In this document: piece by piece, positions 32,750 through 42,119 of the stretch
Layout: each line of letters starts with the position of its first letter
How positions within the stretch are numbered: the first letter of the stretch is position 1
Origin: a virus
Strand: one strand, 5' to 3'
IMG/VR virus record: IMGVR_UViG_3300009180_000022
Length of the DNA stretch: 64,000 nt
Translations under genes and position numbers: made by a program
The notes under the pieces: generated by a model
Told to the model about the DNA's origin: nothing
Database searches by the model: none
The model's input: only the letters and a program-made list of their open reading frames with translations

Positions 32750-33600
32750 TGAGTCGCCTTAAGGTTTCCGAGCTATTTTATTCTATCCAGGGTGAGGGTA
32801 GATATATGGGAGTGCCAAGTGTATTCCTCCGTACATTTGGCTGTAATTTCACCTGTGACGGCTTTAATATGCCTCCTGGTGAAAAGAGCAATGAACGCAA
32901 TGTCATTGCAAATAATGCTGGTGAAATTAAAGTATACAAAGAACTACCTTTAGTATCAACAGGATGTGATTCATATGCGTCGTGGGATGTTAGGTTTAAG
33001 CATCTAAGTCCGATGCTTTCTATTGATGCCGTAGTTGATGGCATATTAGACATTCTTCCTCATAATGAATGGAAGGACGAACATCTAGTAATTACAGGTG
33101 GTGAGCCTTTACTAGGATGGCAACGTGCATATCCTGACTTGCTGTCTCATTCAAGAATGGATAACTTAAAAGAACTTACATTTGAGACTAATGGTACACA
33201 ACCTCTATCTGATGAGTTATATGAGTTTCTTAGTGAATGGACATTTGCACGGGTAGGTTATGATAACCTTACATTCTCGGTATCACCAAAGCTGTCGGCT
33301 TCTGGAGAAAGCTGGGATGATGCAATTAAACCAGAGATTGTAAGTAAGTATTCTGCTGTTGGTTATACCTATCTTAAATTTGTAATAAGCAACCTAGATC
33401 ACCTTATCGAGGCAGAGACTGCAGTAGAGGCATACCGTGATCACGGATTTGATGGACCAGTATACTTGATGCCTGTTGGTGGCACTAGTGAGGTATACAA
33501 TATGAATAACAGGCAAGTTGCCGAATACTCTATGGTTAAGGGTTGGAGATATAGCGATCGACTGCAAGTGCCGCTTTTTAAGAACGAATGGGGAACCTAA
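32749..33600 (+). CDS. queE: 7-carboxy-7-deazaguanine synthase (radical SAM)
   Basis: ELFYSIQGEG, VFLRTFGC, ITGGEPL, FETNGT, SVSPKL; adjacent queD/folE. Confidence 0.92.
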   Translation: MSRLKVSELFYSIQGEGRYMGVPSVFLRTFGCNFTCDGFNMPPGEKSNERNVIANNAGEIKVYKELPLVSTGCDSYASWDVRFKHLSPMLSIDAVVDGILDILPHNEWKDEHLVITGGEPLLGWQRAYPDLLSHSRMDNLKELTFETNGTQPLSDELYEFLSEWTFARVGYDNLTFSVSPKLSASGESWDDAIKPEIVSKYSAVGYTYLKFVISNLDHLIEAETAVEAYRDHGFDGPVYLMPVGGTSEVYNMNNRQVAEYSMVKGWRYSDRLQVPLFKNEWGT

Positions 33601-34079
33601 TGGCAAAGTTTATTTCAACAAAAACATACAATCAAATTGGACCAGTAGCATACAGGCAATGGCGCGCCGATAGTCACTGTAACCTTATCCATGGTTACGC
33701 GTTATCGTTTCACTTTGAGTTTGAATGTGATACATTAGATGCACGTAACTGGTGCATGGACTTTGGAGGATTAAAGCCTCTCAAGCAAAATCTAGAAGAT
33801 TGGTTCGATCATACATTGCTAGTTGCACAAGATGACCCAATGCGTGAGCACTTGCTTGCACTTGGTAAGTTAAAGCTGGCAAAGATTACAGAGGTCGAAA
33901 AGACTGGATGTGAAGGTATTTCTGATTTCTTGTATGAGTATATCAACACTATCTTCTTACCTCAGTATGGTAAGACAGAGGCCGAACGCATTTGGTGCTG
34001 CAAAGTACAAGTACGTGAGACGGATGCAAATATGGCCATGCGTGTTGGTCATCGTGAAGATAATGAATTTGTAGGATAA
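33600..34079 (+). CDS. queD: 6-carboxytetrahydropterin synthase
   Basis: C-x3-HGY, MDFG.LK, FDHT, V.ET T-fold motifs. Confidence 0.9.
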   Translation: MAKFISTKTYNQIGPVAYRQWRADSHCNLIHGYALSFHFEFECDTLDARNWCMDFGGLKPLKQNLEDWFDHTLLVAQDDPMREHLLALGKLKLAKITEVEKTGCEGISDFLYEYINTIFLPQYGKTEAERIWCCKVQVRETDANMAMRVGHREDNEFVG

Positions 34080-34081
34080 TT

Positions 34082-34777
34082 ATGACCGAGCGATATTTTT
34101 CTGATGTTATTCGTGAGAGGATGAATAAGGATGGTAAACGTTATTTTGCATGTGATAATATTTCTGAATATCTTGATGATCATGGACGAGATTTTCTCAT
34201 CACCGAACTGACTGAAAAGTTCAATGGAGTACTTGAGTCACTCCTGATCGATACAACGAATGATCCGAACAGTCAAGGTACAGGCAAGCGTCTGGCTAAG
34301 ATGTATGTTAATGAGATTATGTCTGGGCGTTATTATCCTGAACCAGCCTCTACTGCCTTCCCTAACGAAGGGAGTGAACGGTATACAGGTATGTTAGTTG
34401 TTCGTGCAGAACTTAAGTCAATGTGTAGTCATCATCACCAACCAGTTCGAGGTATTGCATACATCGGTATCATTCCTGGTAATAAGGTAATTGGACTTTC
34501 TAAGTATGCACGGGTTGCGCAATGGCATGCCCGCCGTGGGACACTACAGGAAGAATTATGCACCCATATTGCCAATTCAATTATGAATTCAACCGAGTCA
34601 CCTGATGTTGCTGTTTACATTGCTGCGCGTCATGGGTGCTGTGAAAATCGTGGATTGAACGCCCATTCGTCACTGACTCAAACAACCGTATTGCATGGCC
34701 AATTCCATCAAGCAGATGTAAAGAAAGAGTTCTTCGACAACATTACGCTACAGCAATCATACAATGAGAAAATTTAA
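34082..34777 (+). CDS. folE: GTP cyclohydrolase I
   Basis: SMCSHHHQP, IGLSKYAR, QEE, HGCC..RG. Confidence 0.95.
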   Translation: MTERYFSDVIRERMNKDGKRYFACDNISEYLDDHGRDFLITELTEKFNGVLESLLIDTTNDPNSQGTGKRLAKMYVNEIMSGRYYPEPASTAFPNEGSERYTGMLVVRAELKSMCSHHHQPVRGIAYIGIIPGNKVIGLSKYARVAQWHARRGTLQEELCTHIANSIMNSTESPDVAVYIAARHGCCENRGLNAHSSLTQTTVLHGQFHQADVKKEFFDNITLQQSYNEKI

Positions 34778-34780
34778 CGC

Positions 34781-34809
34781 TTGCATTAATTAACGGAGTC
34801 AGTTATAAT
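34781..34809 (+). promoter_or_regulatory. Sigma70-like early promoter inside the deazaguanine cluster
   Basis: TTGCAT-TAATTA...-TATAAT with 17-bp spacer; same TTAATTA core as the repeats at 49-55 kb. Confidence 0.7.
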
Positions 34810-34838
34810 TAACTATCTCTAACTTAATAGGTGTTATT

Positions 34839-35096
34839 ATGACTCAAGCAACTTCAAAGCCTCGTGTTAAGTCTGACGGTATCGGTGAAGATACTATGAA
34901 GACTTTATATGAGGTATTTAATACAGCAAATACTGATGATTATAAGTTGATGTGTTTAGAAGTGATTGGATGCTCGAATGCTAAACCAGCTACCAAGCAA
35001 AGGTTTAATGATCTTATTACTCAAAGCAATAGCAAGGCTACTATGCTGACCCGGGTTACTAATTTTTTCTTAGCAGGTGAAGGAAAAGGTGTATGA
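34839..35096 (+). CDS. Hypothetical protein
   Basis: 85-aa ORF behind promoter with AGGTG RBS. Confidence 0.6.
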   Translation: MTQATSKPRVKSDGIGEDTMKTLYEVFNTANTDDYKLMCLEVIGCSNAKPATKQRFNDLITQSNSKATMLTRVTNFFLAGEGKGV

Positions 35097-35506
35097 GCGA
35101 GATTAACGGTAAGATGTATTTGGCGCGTTTCACGAATAGGGAGACGCGAGAGATAGAGTTCTATAAGTTCGGTCATACTCATTCGTATGATGCAATGGAT
35201 CGATTTACATACGCCCCTGCGCAATACGAAAAGTGGAATATTAAGATTATGAAAACGGTCTACGGGCCGTTAGAACAGATGAAGGGCATTGAAGAGACCT
35301 TTAAAGCATTGTATCCAAAGAATCTATGGATCGATGAAAAGGTATCCGGTGTTACTGAAATTGTAAAGCTTGAGCAGCCTGCAATTGATCGTATAATTGG
35401 ATTGATGACTCAACTTAATGGTGTGTACTGGCGTCAACGTGAGCGCGAGAAAGCACAAGGTATTATTGACTATTTAAAGGTATTAGATGAAGAAGATCGC
35501 CCATGA
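35093..35506 (+). CDS. Hypothetical protein, possible GIY-YIG/T5orf172-like nuclease
   Basis: MYLARF...FYKFGHT...RF...EE.F...G.TE pattern. Confidence 0.4.
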   Translation: MSEINGKMYLARFTNRETREIEFYKFGHTHSYDAMDRFTYAPAQYEKWNIKIMKTVYGPLEQMKGIEETFKALYPKNLWIDEKVSGVTEIVKLEQPAIDRIIGLMTQLNGVYWRQREREKAQGIIDYLKVLDEEDRP

Positions 35507-36275
35507 AGCCCCTATTGGTATTTTTAGTCGTATACAGGAAGTAACCGATTATGATTATGCTCTAGTACATTTGTTTGAAGAGCGTGTGGACTATTGGGAA
35601 AAGTTTGTACGGGCTAAGAAGATGGGGCGTGAGATTATTCTTGATAACTCTATTTTTGAATTAGGAGAGGCATTTGAGAAGGATAAGTTCTGTCATTGGG
35701 TAGAGAAACTCCTTCCCACCTGGTATGTTATTCCTGATGCGCTTGAGGATGCTGAGCGTACGGTTAAGAATGTAAAAGATTGGCAGCATTTTGCTGGTTG
35801 TAAATCGATTGGTGTAGTGCAAGGCAAGACCTACGAAGAAGTGAAATGGTGTTATCAAGAGATCGAACCTCTAGTTGATAAAGTGGCTATCTCATTTGAC
35901 TATCATTTCTTTATTGATATTGACCTCAATGGGTTTTTGCCCACGAAGTATCATCACTTTATGTACGGGCGTGATGCGATGATTCATCGCCTCCTTTCTG
36001 ACGGGGTTATTAATGAGAATAAACCTCATCATCTACTTGGGTGTGGGTTGCCTCAGGAGTTTGAAAGTTATAGGGAATTAAATTGGATTGAAAGTATTGA
36101 TACATCTAACCCTGTAGTTGCAGCGATTAAAGGAATGACCTATAATGGACGCAAAGGCCTTGAAGATAAACCATCACAAAAGCTATTCACTATGCTGGAT
36201 AGTAAGCTTAGTTCCTACGAATTACAGCTGGTACTGTATAACATCGAGTGTTTTAGGGCAATTGTAAATGGCTAA
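35487..36275 (+). CDS. dpdA: TGT/DpdA-like deazaguanine transglycosylase (DpdA3-like)
   Basis: IILDNSIFE, IPD, GVVQG, HHLLG, SIDTS TGT-barrel motifs; embedded in que cluster. Confidence 0.75.
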   Translation: MKKIAHEAPIGIFSRIQEVTDYDYALVHLFEERVDYWEKFVRAKKMGREIILDNSIFELGEAFEKDKFCHWVEKLLPTWYVIPDALEDAERTVKNVKDWQHFAGCKSIGVVQGKTYEEVKWCYQEIEPLVDKVAISFDYHFFIDIDLNGFLPTKYHHFMYGRDAMIHRLLSDGVINENKPHHLLGCGLPQEFESYRELNWIESIDTSNPVVAAIKGMTYNGRKGLEDKPSQKLFTMLDSKLSSYELQLVLYNIECFRAIVNG

Positions 36276-36807
36276 AAAGTGGATTGCGTTGTATAGTCAG
36301 ACTGGGTCTGAGATTGCAGCTTTGTCTAAGGCGATTGATCGTAAGCCAGATATTCATCTGACAAATAACGTTGTGTTTACGGCTAATACTATTGTTAGTG
36401 GTACTATACTGAGGGCAAAGCATTCATGGATAGTTTCATACCTTGAAAATCAGGTAATATACGATCCAAAAGATACCATCATTACACTTCATGGATACTT
36501 ACGCATACTTCCAGTAAGTTTGTGCACCAAGTATACCATCTATAATGGGCATCCTGGAGCTATTGATCTATACCCTGAGTTGAAAGGTAAAGATCCACAG
36601 GTTAGAACGTGGGAGAACAAAGAACGATATAAGTTCATCGGTAGTGTGGTACATAAGGTAGTACCGGAAGTGGATGCAGGAGAGATCATTAAAAGTGTTC
36701 ATCTTTCTAATACATCTCAATCGATTGATGATACATTCTCAATGCTTAGGATGTGTTCACTTAGTGCATGGACATTTGCAATGAAGGAAATAGGAATATG
36801 CGAATAG
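36268..36807 (+). CDS. PurN-like formyltransferase (DpdN-like)
   Basis: SQTGS, GYLRIL, YNGHPG...P..KG, VH.V...VDAGEI: N10-formyl-THF formyltransferase motifs. Confidence 0.82.
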   Translation: MAKKWIALYSQTGSEIAALSKAIDRKPDIHLTNNVVFTANTIVSGTILRAKHSWIVSYLENQVIYDPKDTIITLHGYLRILPVSLCTKYTIYNGHPGAIDLYPELKGKDPQVRTWENKERYKFIGSVVHKVVPEVDAGEIIKSVHLSNTSQSIDDTFSMLRMCSLSAWTFAMKEIGICE

Positions 36808-37337
36808 GAATAACTGGTGCGCAGTCGGTAGGCAAGACTACTTTGCTTAATGCGTTACGTTCGGAAGATATGTTTAAAGATCTCGTCATATGTGATGAGG
36901 TTACGCGTAGGGTTAAGGGTTATGGTTTGCCAATTAATGAGGCTGGTAATGATATAACACAACGGCTTATAATGAACGAGCATGTGGTCAATGTATTTTT
37001 GTATGACAATATGATTACCGATCGTACAGTGCTAGACGGATTAGTTTATAGCAGCTATTTGCTCAAAAATCGTAAAGTTAGTATTGATACATTCAGGTAT
37101 GTGTATGATGTATACACTAAAGTAACACCCTATTATGATTATATTTTTTATATTGAGCCTGAGTTTGATATAGAAAATGACGGTACGCGTAGTGTGGATG
37201 TAGAGTTTAGGAATGAAATAGCTAGTCTGTTTGAGAGTTTAATATACCAGCATAAGATGGATGTTATTAGGATTGGTGGTTCAGTACGTAACCGCGTTAA
37301 TCAAATTATTGATATTATAGAAAAGGATAAAGAATGA
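36798..37337 (+). CDS. P-loop nucleotide kinase (NadR/AAA_28 or dNMP-kinase-like)
   Basis: IGITGAQSVGKTT, TDRTVLD, DGTR lid. Confidence 0.8.
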   Translation: MRIGITGAQSVGKTTLLNALRSEDMFKDLVICDEVTRRVKGYGLPINEAGNDITQRLIMNEHVVNVFLYDNMITDRTVLDGLVYSSYLLKNRKVSIDTFRYVYDVYTKVTPYYDYIFYIEPEFDIENDGTRSVDVEFRNEIASLFESLIYQHKMDVIRIGGSVRNRVNQIIDIIEKDKE

Positions 37338-38248
37338 GCGAAATCGAAGATATTGCAAGCGTTCACCTAGGTAAGGCAGGTGATGGTACGGTAGTTAAAC
37401 CTTATATTACACCTGATGAAGTAGATCCAGGATTGCTGGTATCTATTCCACGGTATCTTAATCGTACTGCGTATGGTATTGAGGAAGATAATCTGCCGTT
37501 TGCTGGGTATGATGTGTGGAATGCATATGAGTTTTCTACGCTATTAAAGAATGGATTTCCAATTTCTGGGCTAGTAAAGTTTGCATATCCAGCTGATTCT
37601 CCAAATATTGTAGAGAGTAAATCGGTTAAGCTTTACCTCAACTCATATAACATGGCCAGTGTTATTGATAACTGGGAAGATGTTTATATACTCGAGGATA
37701 AGATTACCGCCGATCTCGAGAAAGCTGTCGGGGCCCAGGTAAATGTTAACATCTTCCAGGGTGATCTGGATACTATTAGGCCAGTTGCAGGTGATTTTAC
37801 ATTGCTTGAGTCATACTGTAACATTCCTAATATGGAATTTAACAGCTACGAAGAATCATCAGATATTCTAGAAGTAGTTCCAAGTATTGGTCGTTACGAG
37901 CGTTGGCGTTCGCACTCACTCCGCTCCAATTGCCGGGTAACAAATCAACCGGACTGGGGTGATGTGTATGTTCATATTAAGGGTGAGCTTAGCGTGACAC
38001 CAGAATCACTTTTGAAGTATATCATTTCTATGAGAAAAGAGAATCACTTCCACGAAGAGATTTGCGAGTGTATCTATACCAGGCTTAATGCATTGCTTGC
38101 ACCAGATGAGCTGCTAGTTACATGCTTGTATACTCGTCGTGGAGGTATTGATATTAATCCCGTTCGTAGTAGCAATCCTTTCCTGATGTATCGTTATACG
38201 CCAATCATTGACGTTACTCAACCTAGTACAAAGACTGCCCGTCAATGA
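37334..38248 (+). CDS. queF: NADPH-dependent preQ0 reductase, bimodular type
   Basis: WNAYEFS, VESKSVKLYLNS, SNCRVTNQPDWG, FHEE, YTRRGGIDINP. Confidence 0.93.
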   Translation: MSEIEDIASVHLGKAGDGTVVKPYITPDEVDPGLLVSIPRYLNRTAYGIEEDNLPFAGYDVWNAYEFSTLLKNGFPISGLVKFAYPADSPNIVESKSVKLYLNSYNMASVIDNWEDVYILEDKITADLEKAVGAQVNVNIFQGDLDTIRPVAGDFTLLESYCNIPNMEFNSYEESSDILEVVPSIGRYERWRSHSLRSNCRVTNQPDWGDVYVHIKGELSVTPESLLKYIISMRKENHFHEEICECIYTRLNALLAPDELLVTCLYTRRGGIDINPVRSSNPFLMYRYTPIIDVTQPSTKTARQ

Positions 38249-38451
38249 TTGATAAAAATGTAGAGGCCATTCGTCAGTCATTACTCGAACGAATGGAAAA
38301 AGGATATAAGAAATACGGCACTACTACCGAACGTGTCGATATTGACCTGATGGGATGGTTGCAGCATTTACAGGAAGAACTGATGGATGCTGCAGTATAT
38401 GTTGAAAGGATTAAAGATGAACTTAGAACAAGCGCTAGCAAAACTACCTGA
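38245..38451 (+). CDS. Small all-alpha protein, possible MazG-like NTP pyrophosphatase
   Basis: G.KKYG, HLQEELMDAAVY (EExxD). Confidence 0.5.
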   Translation: MIDKNVEAIRQSLLERMEKGYKKYGTTTERVDIDLMGWLQHLQEELMDAAVYVERIKDELRTSASKTT

Positions 38452-39178
38452 TACAGATGCAAATGTTGTATCGGTATTGTCTGGAGGTCTTGATTCAACT
38501 ATTCTAACGTACATCTTAGTTAAGAAGTATGGTAAGGACCGAGTATTTGCTTTGACTTATGATTATGGACAGAAGCAGAGGCGTGAAATTGATATGGCTC
38601 GTGCAACCTGCATGTACATTGAAGTTAAACATAAGGTACTTGACTTGAGTATACTGGGTGATATTGTTAAAGATGTGTCAGCTAACATCAAAGGCACTGC
38701 TGTTGAGATGCCATCCATTAAGGATGTGCTTGGTGACCCACAACCAAAGACGTATGTACCTTTCCGTAATATGATCCTTAATTCGTTAGCATTCTCATTT
38801 GCTGAGTCGAATAAAGCAAGTCATGTGTTTACTGGATTACAGGTTCACGATCAGTATGGGTATTGGGATACGTCTCAACGCTTTGTTGATAGTATGAATA
38901 ACGTTGCTTCTCAAAACAGATCACATAAGGTATCCCTTGAGGCTCCATTTTCCGAACTATCAAAGTATGATGAGATTTTAATTGCCCAAGAGATGGGGGG
39001 CGTTGAATTAGATCTCACCCTCACATGCTATAATCCTGATGTTGATGGTCGTAGTTGTGGTAAGTGCCCATCGTGTAGTGAGCGTATTGCTAACTTTGCG
39101 AAAGCTGGCATTAAGGATCCAATTCCGTATAATGTAGAGATACCCTGGGATAAACTACTTGTAATGAATAACGATTAA
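38417..39178 (+). CDS. queC: 7-cyano-7-deazaguanine synthase
   Basis: SGGLDS, YGQ, YVPFRN, TCY...CGKCPSC. Confidence 0.95.
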   Translation: MNLEQALAKLPDTDANVVSVLSGGLDSTILTYILVKKYGKDRVFALTYDYGQKQRREIDMARATCMYIEVKHKVLDLSILGDIVKDVSANIKGTAVEMPSIKDVLGDPQPKTYVPFRNMILNSLAFSFAESNKASHVFTGLQVHDQYGYWDTSQRFVDSMNNVASQNRSHKVSLEAPFSELSKYDEILIAQEMGGVELDLTLTCYNPDVDGRSCGKCPSCSERIANFAKAGIKDPIPYNVEIPWDKLLVMNND

Positions 39179-39179
39179 T

Positions 39180-39827
39180 ATGTGCGCTATAGTTGGAAGC
39201 TTTGATAAAGATAAACTTATAGAATTAATTGAGTTAAATAGCTATCGTGGTAGTCATTCATACTCAATCTCTATTTACTCCAGGGACATGCTATTCTCTG
39301 TTAAAAAGGAGATTGGTAAGATTAATTATAATGACATCTTCTTGATCGAAGGTCAGTATGGTATTGTTCATATTCAGGCACCTACTACCGAGGCAAAAGA
39401 TGAAGTAAATATCCATCCTGCTAGGTTCAGGCTGTCAGATCGTTACTATAAATGGCCGGCGTTATGGCATAATGGAATCATTAAGTCTTCTCATGTAAAA
39501 AAGATGCAGGTTAAATACGGTATCGATACTGATTGGGATACTGAACTACTACTTCGTGCTTATATTGAAGAAGGCGCCCGCGGGCTATCAGAAATAGATG
39601 GGTCGTTTAGTTGTCTATACTATGATAGGGCCTGTTTATTTCTTTTTAGAAACGATATCAGCCCTATGTTCTATGATAAAGATCTTAACATATCATCTAC
39701 AATGTTTAAAGAAAGTATATCGACCCCGGCTAATAGGATTCTTAAGTTGGATCTTCAATCTAGGGCGCTATATAATATAGGTGAGTTTAAAACGGTAGAG
39801 AATCCTTATTTCTTTGCTGATGAATAA
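39180..39827 (+). CDS. Class II (Ntn) glutamine amidotransferase, stand-alone
   Basis: N-terminal MCAIVG (Cys1), RG, H..APT, HP, HNGII, DTE. Confidence 0.85.
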   Translation: MCAIVGSFDKDKLIELIELNSYRGSHSYSISIYSRDMLFSVKKEIGKINYNDIFLIEGQYGIVHIQAPTTEAKDEVNIHPARFRLSDRYYKWPALWHNGIIKSSHVKKMQVKYGIDTDWDTELLLRAYIEEGARGLSEIDGSFSCLYYDRACLFLFRNDISPMFYDKDLNISSTMFKESISTPANRILKLDLQSRALYNIGEFKTVENPYFFADE

Positions 39828-39845
39828 TTTGGAGATGATTACATA

Positions 39846-40346
39846 ATGAAGCATATTCTAGGACCTAACTCTAGGTCGTCCCTTACTGCTATCCGAGATG
39901 GAGATAGCCAGCCTAATGCAGTTGATCTAAGAGTCGATAAGATTTTTAAGATTAAAGAAGAACTGTTTGAAATATCTAACGAACATAAGAAGCATAGAGG
40001 TATTGATTATGAAATCAAACTCGACCCTGAAGGATACTTTGTCCTCCACCCTGGTAGTTACGAAGTCGTTATGGAGAACGTTATTAGTGTGGGAGAACGC
40101 GAAGCAGGTTGGGTCATTACCCGCAGCACTCTTAATCGTAACGGTCTCTTCCTTACATCTGGTCTTTACGATAGCGGCTATAATGGTGTTATGGCCGGCG
40201 TCCTTCACGTTACAATTACTACTGCTAGGATTAAGAAAGGTACGCGAATAGGACAATACTTAAACTTCGATGCAGAGTCATTGAGTTTATATGATGGTGA
40301 TTACGGAATTAACAAAACCCACGATAAAAAATATAGAACGGAGTAA
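39846..40346 (+). CDS. dCTP deaminase/dUTPase-family protein
   Basis: QPNAVDLR, TRSTLNRNG, SGLYDSGYNG, RIGQ. Confidence 0.82.
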   Translation: MKHILGPNSRSSLTAIRDGDSQPNAVDLRVDKIFKIKEELFEISNEHKKHRGIDYEIKLDPEGYFVLHPGSYEVVMENVISVGEREAGWVITRSTLNRNGLFLTSGLYDSGYNGVMAGVLHVTITTARIKKGTRIGQYLNFDAESLSLYDGDYGINKTHDKKYRTE

Positions 40347-40349
40347 ATT

Positions 40350-41201
40350 ATGAAAATTGAAGTTAAAATTGAAGACTTACAGAAGAAGAAACTATTTGTC
40401 GCCACGCCCATGTACGGTGGGCAGTGTGCAGGTATGTACGCCCGAAGCATGGCTGATCTATCGGCATTCTGTGCCAAGTATAACATCCCATTACAGTTAT
40501 ATTACCTTTTCAACGAGTCGTTGATTACTCGTGCACGTAACTATTGCTGTGATGAGTTTATGCGTTCAGATGCAACTCACCTTATGTTTATTGATAGTGA
40601 TATTGGATTTAATCCACAAGACGTTATTGCGTTAATGGCATTGATGACTGATGAGAGTGAGTATGATGTTATCGGTGGTCCATATCCTAAGAAGTGTATC
40701 TCCTGGGAAAAGATTAAGATGGCTGTTGATAAGGGTGTGGCCGATGAGGACCCAAATAACCTCGAGAAGTTCGTTGGTGATTATGTGTTTAATCCTAAAT
40801 CACAACAAAAAGAGATTCCACTAGGTGAACCAGTAGAAGTATTAGAGATTGGTACTGGCTTTATGATGGTTCGTAAGAATACATTTAACAAATATGCCGA
40901 AGCATACCCATACCAAAGCTACAAACCCGATCATGTACGTACTGAGCACTTCGATGGTAGTCGTGAGATTATGGCATACTTCGATTGCATTATTGATCCA
41001 GTAAGCAAGCGTTACCTGTCTGAGGATTATAACTTCTGCTATCATGTTCAAAAGATGGGATTGAAAGTATGGTTCTGCCCATGGATGCAACTACAGCACG
41101 TTGGTAGTTATATATTTGGCGGCAGCTTGGCAGACCTGGCAAGTATCGGTGCATCAGCAACAGCTGACCAAGGGCAACTTAATAAGAAGAAGGGTAAATA
41201 A
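40350..41201 (+). CDS. GT-A fold glycosyltransferase-like protein
   Basis: VATPMYGG, ESLITRARN, MFIDSD (DxD), GTGFMM, LSEDYNFC, HVG. Confidence 0.78.
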   Translation: MKIEVKIEDLQKKKLFVATPMYGGQCAGMYARSMADLSAFCAKYNIPLQLYYLFNESLITRARNYCCDEFMRSDATHLMFIDSDIGFNPQDVIALMALMTDESEYDVIGGPYPKKCISWEKIKMAVDKGVADEDPNNLEKFVGDYVFNPKSQQKEIPLGEPVEVLEIGTGFMMVRKNTFNKYAEAYPYQSYKPDHVRTEHFDGSREIMAYFDCIIDPVSKRYLSEDYNFCYHVQKMGLKVWFCPWMQLQHVGSYIFGGSLADLASIGASATADQGQLNKKKGK

Positions 41202-42103
41202 TGAGCGATATATTTTCGTATGATACTACGGCCGGTCTTAAAATTGAAGAGAACCCGCTTAAAGCACAATACCCCGATCAGACTGATAATGAGTATTGGA
41301 GCAAAGTACCTCAACTCTTTGAGCAAGAGTTTGAGGATAAAACTAAACTAGAGACGTTTAAATCTAATTGGATTGTCAACAGAGTACCATTGTACCTTTC
41401 AACATTCGGTCAGTTAGAAGAATCATATATTAAGGATACTCTCAGTCTTATTTTTAGACATGTACCTCCTTCAAGTCATGAGGATTTCTTAAGTCTTATG
41501 GTTGAGCCTCGTCGTGGACATACAGATAAATCTTATGCCGAAACTACTGTTTCATTCGATATTGACACTAATGGTAGTAAGCGAGTACTTAAAAATATTG
41601 GATATCTTCGAAGCATCCGCGTACATAATGTGCTTATGTTTGAATGTACTACTAGCAAGAAAATTAAAGATTATGATGTAATAGTAGAAATTGGTGGTGG
41701 TATAGGTGAGTTCGCTAAAATTGTTCGTGATACTGGTTTTGAAGGTGAGTATTATGGAGTAGATTTTCCTCCTATGTGCGAGATCAATCAATACTATAAT
41801 GAGTTTAACGAAAAGAACTTTTATGTGAATGATGCAATTGACCTACCTGACTTCGGTGATAAGAAAGTTCTTGTTATTGGTACATGGTCATTTAGTGAAG
41901 TACCTGTATTGTACAGGGAAGAAATTATTAGCAAGATTCCTGGATGTGATTGGCTTCTTACTATTCAAGCAAATGTGATGGGTATTGATAATCTGAATTA
42001 TTTCTGTAATGATTTTGGACCGCGCACTGGTAAGAGGAATCAAATCTATCATATTCAATTTCATCCATACCAAGGTGGTAACTTTTACTACTTTGTAACC
42101 TGA
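41201..42103 (+). CDS. SAM-dependent methyltransferase (sugar O-methyltransferase-like)
   Basis: VEIGGGIG motif I, acidic VD at end of strand 2, TWSFSE. Confidence 0.65.
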   Translation: MSDIFSYDTTAGLKIEENPLKAQYPDQTDNEYWSKVPQLFEQEFEDKTKLETFKSNWIVNRVPLYLSTFGQLEESYIKDTLSLIFRHVPPSSHEDFLSLMVEPRRGHTDKSYAETTVSFDIDTNGSKRVLKNIGYLRSIRVHNVLMFECTTSKKIKDYDVIVEIGGGIGEFAKIVRDTGFEGEYYGVDFPPMCEINQYYNEFNEKNFYVNDAIDLPDFGDKKVLVIGTWSFSEVPVLYREEIISKIPGCDWLLTIQANVMGIDNLNYFCNDFGPRTGKRNQIYHIQFHPYQGGNFYYFVT

Positions 42104-42119
42104 GCTCTTTTACTATATT

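Noticed and set aside
36268-36807. PurN as a purine-synthesis auxiliary gene
   Set aside because: No other pur genes; overlaps the DpdA-like gene within the que cluster, so a base-modification role fits better
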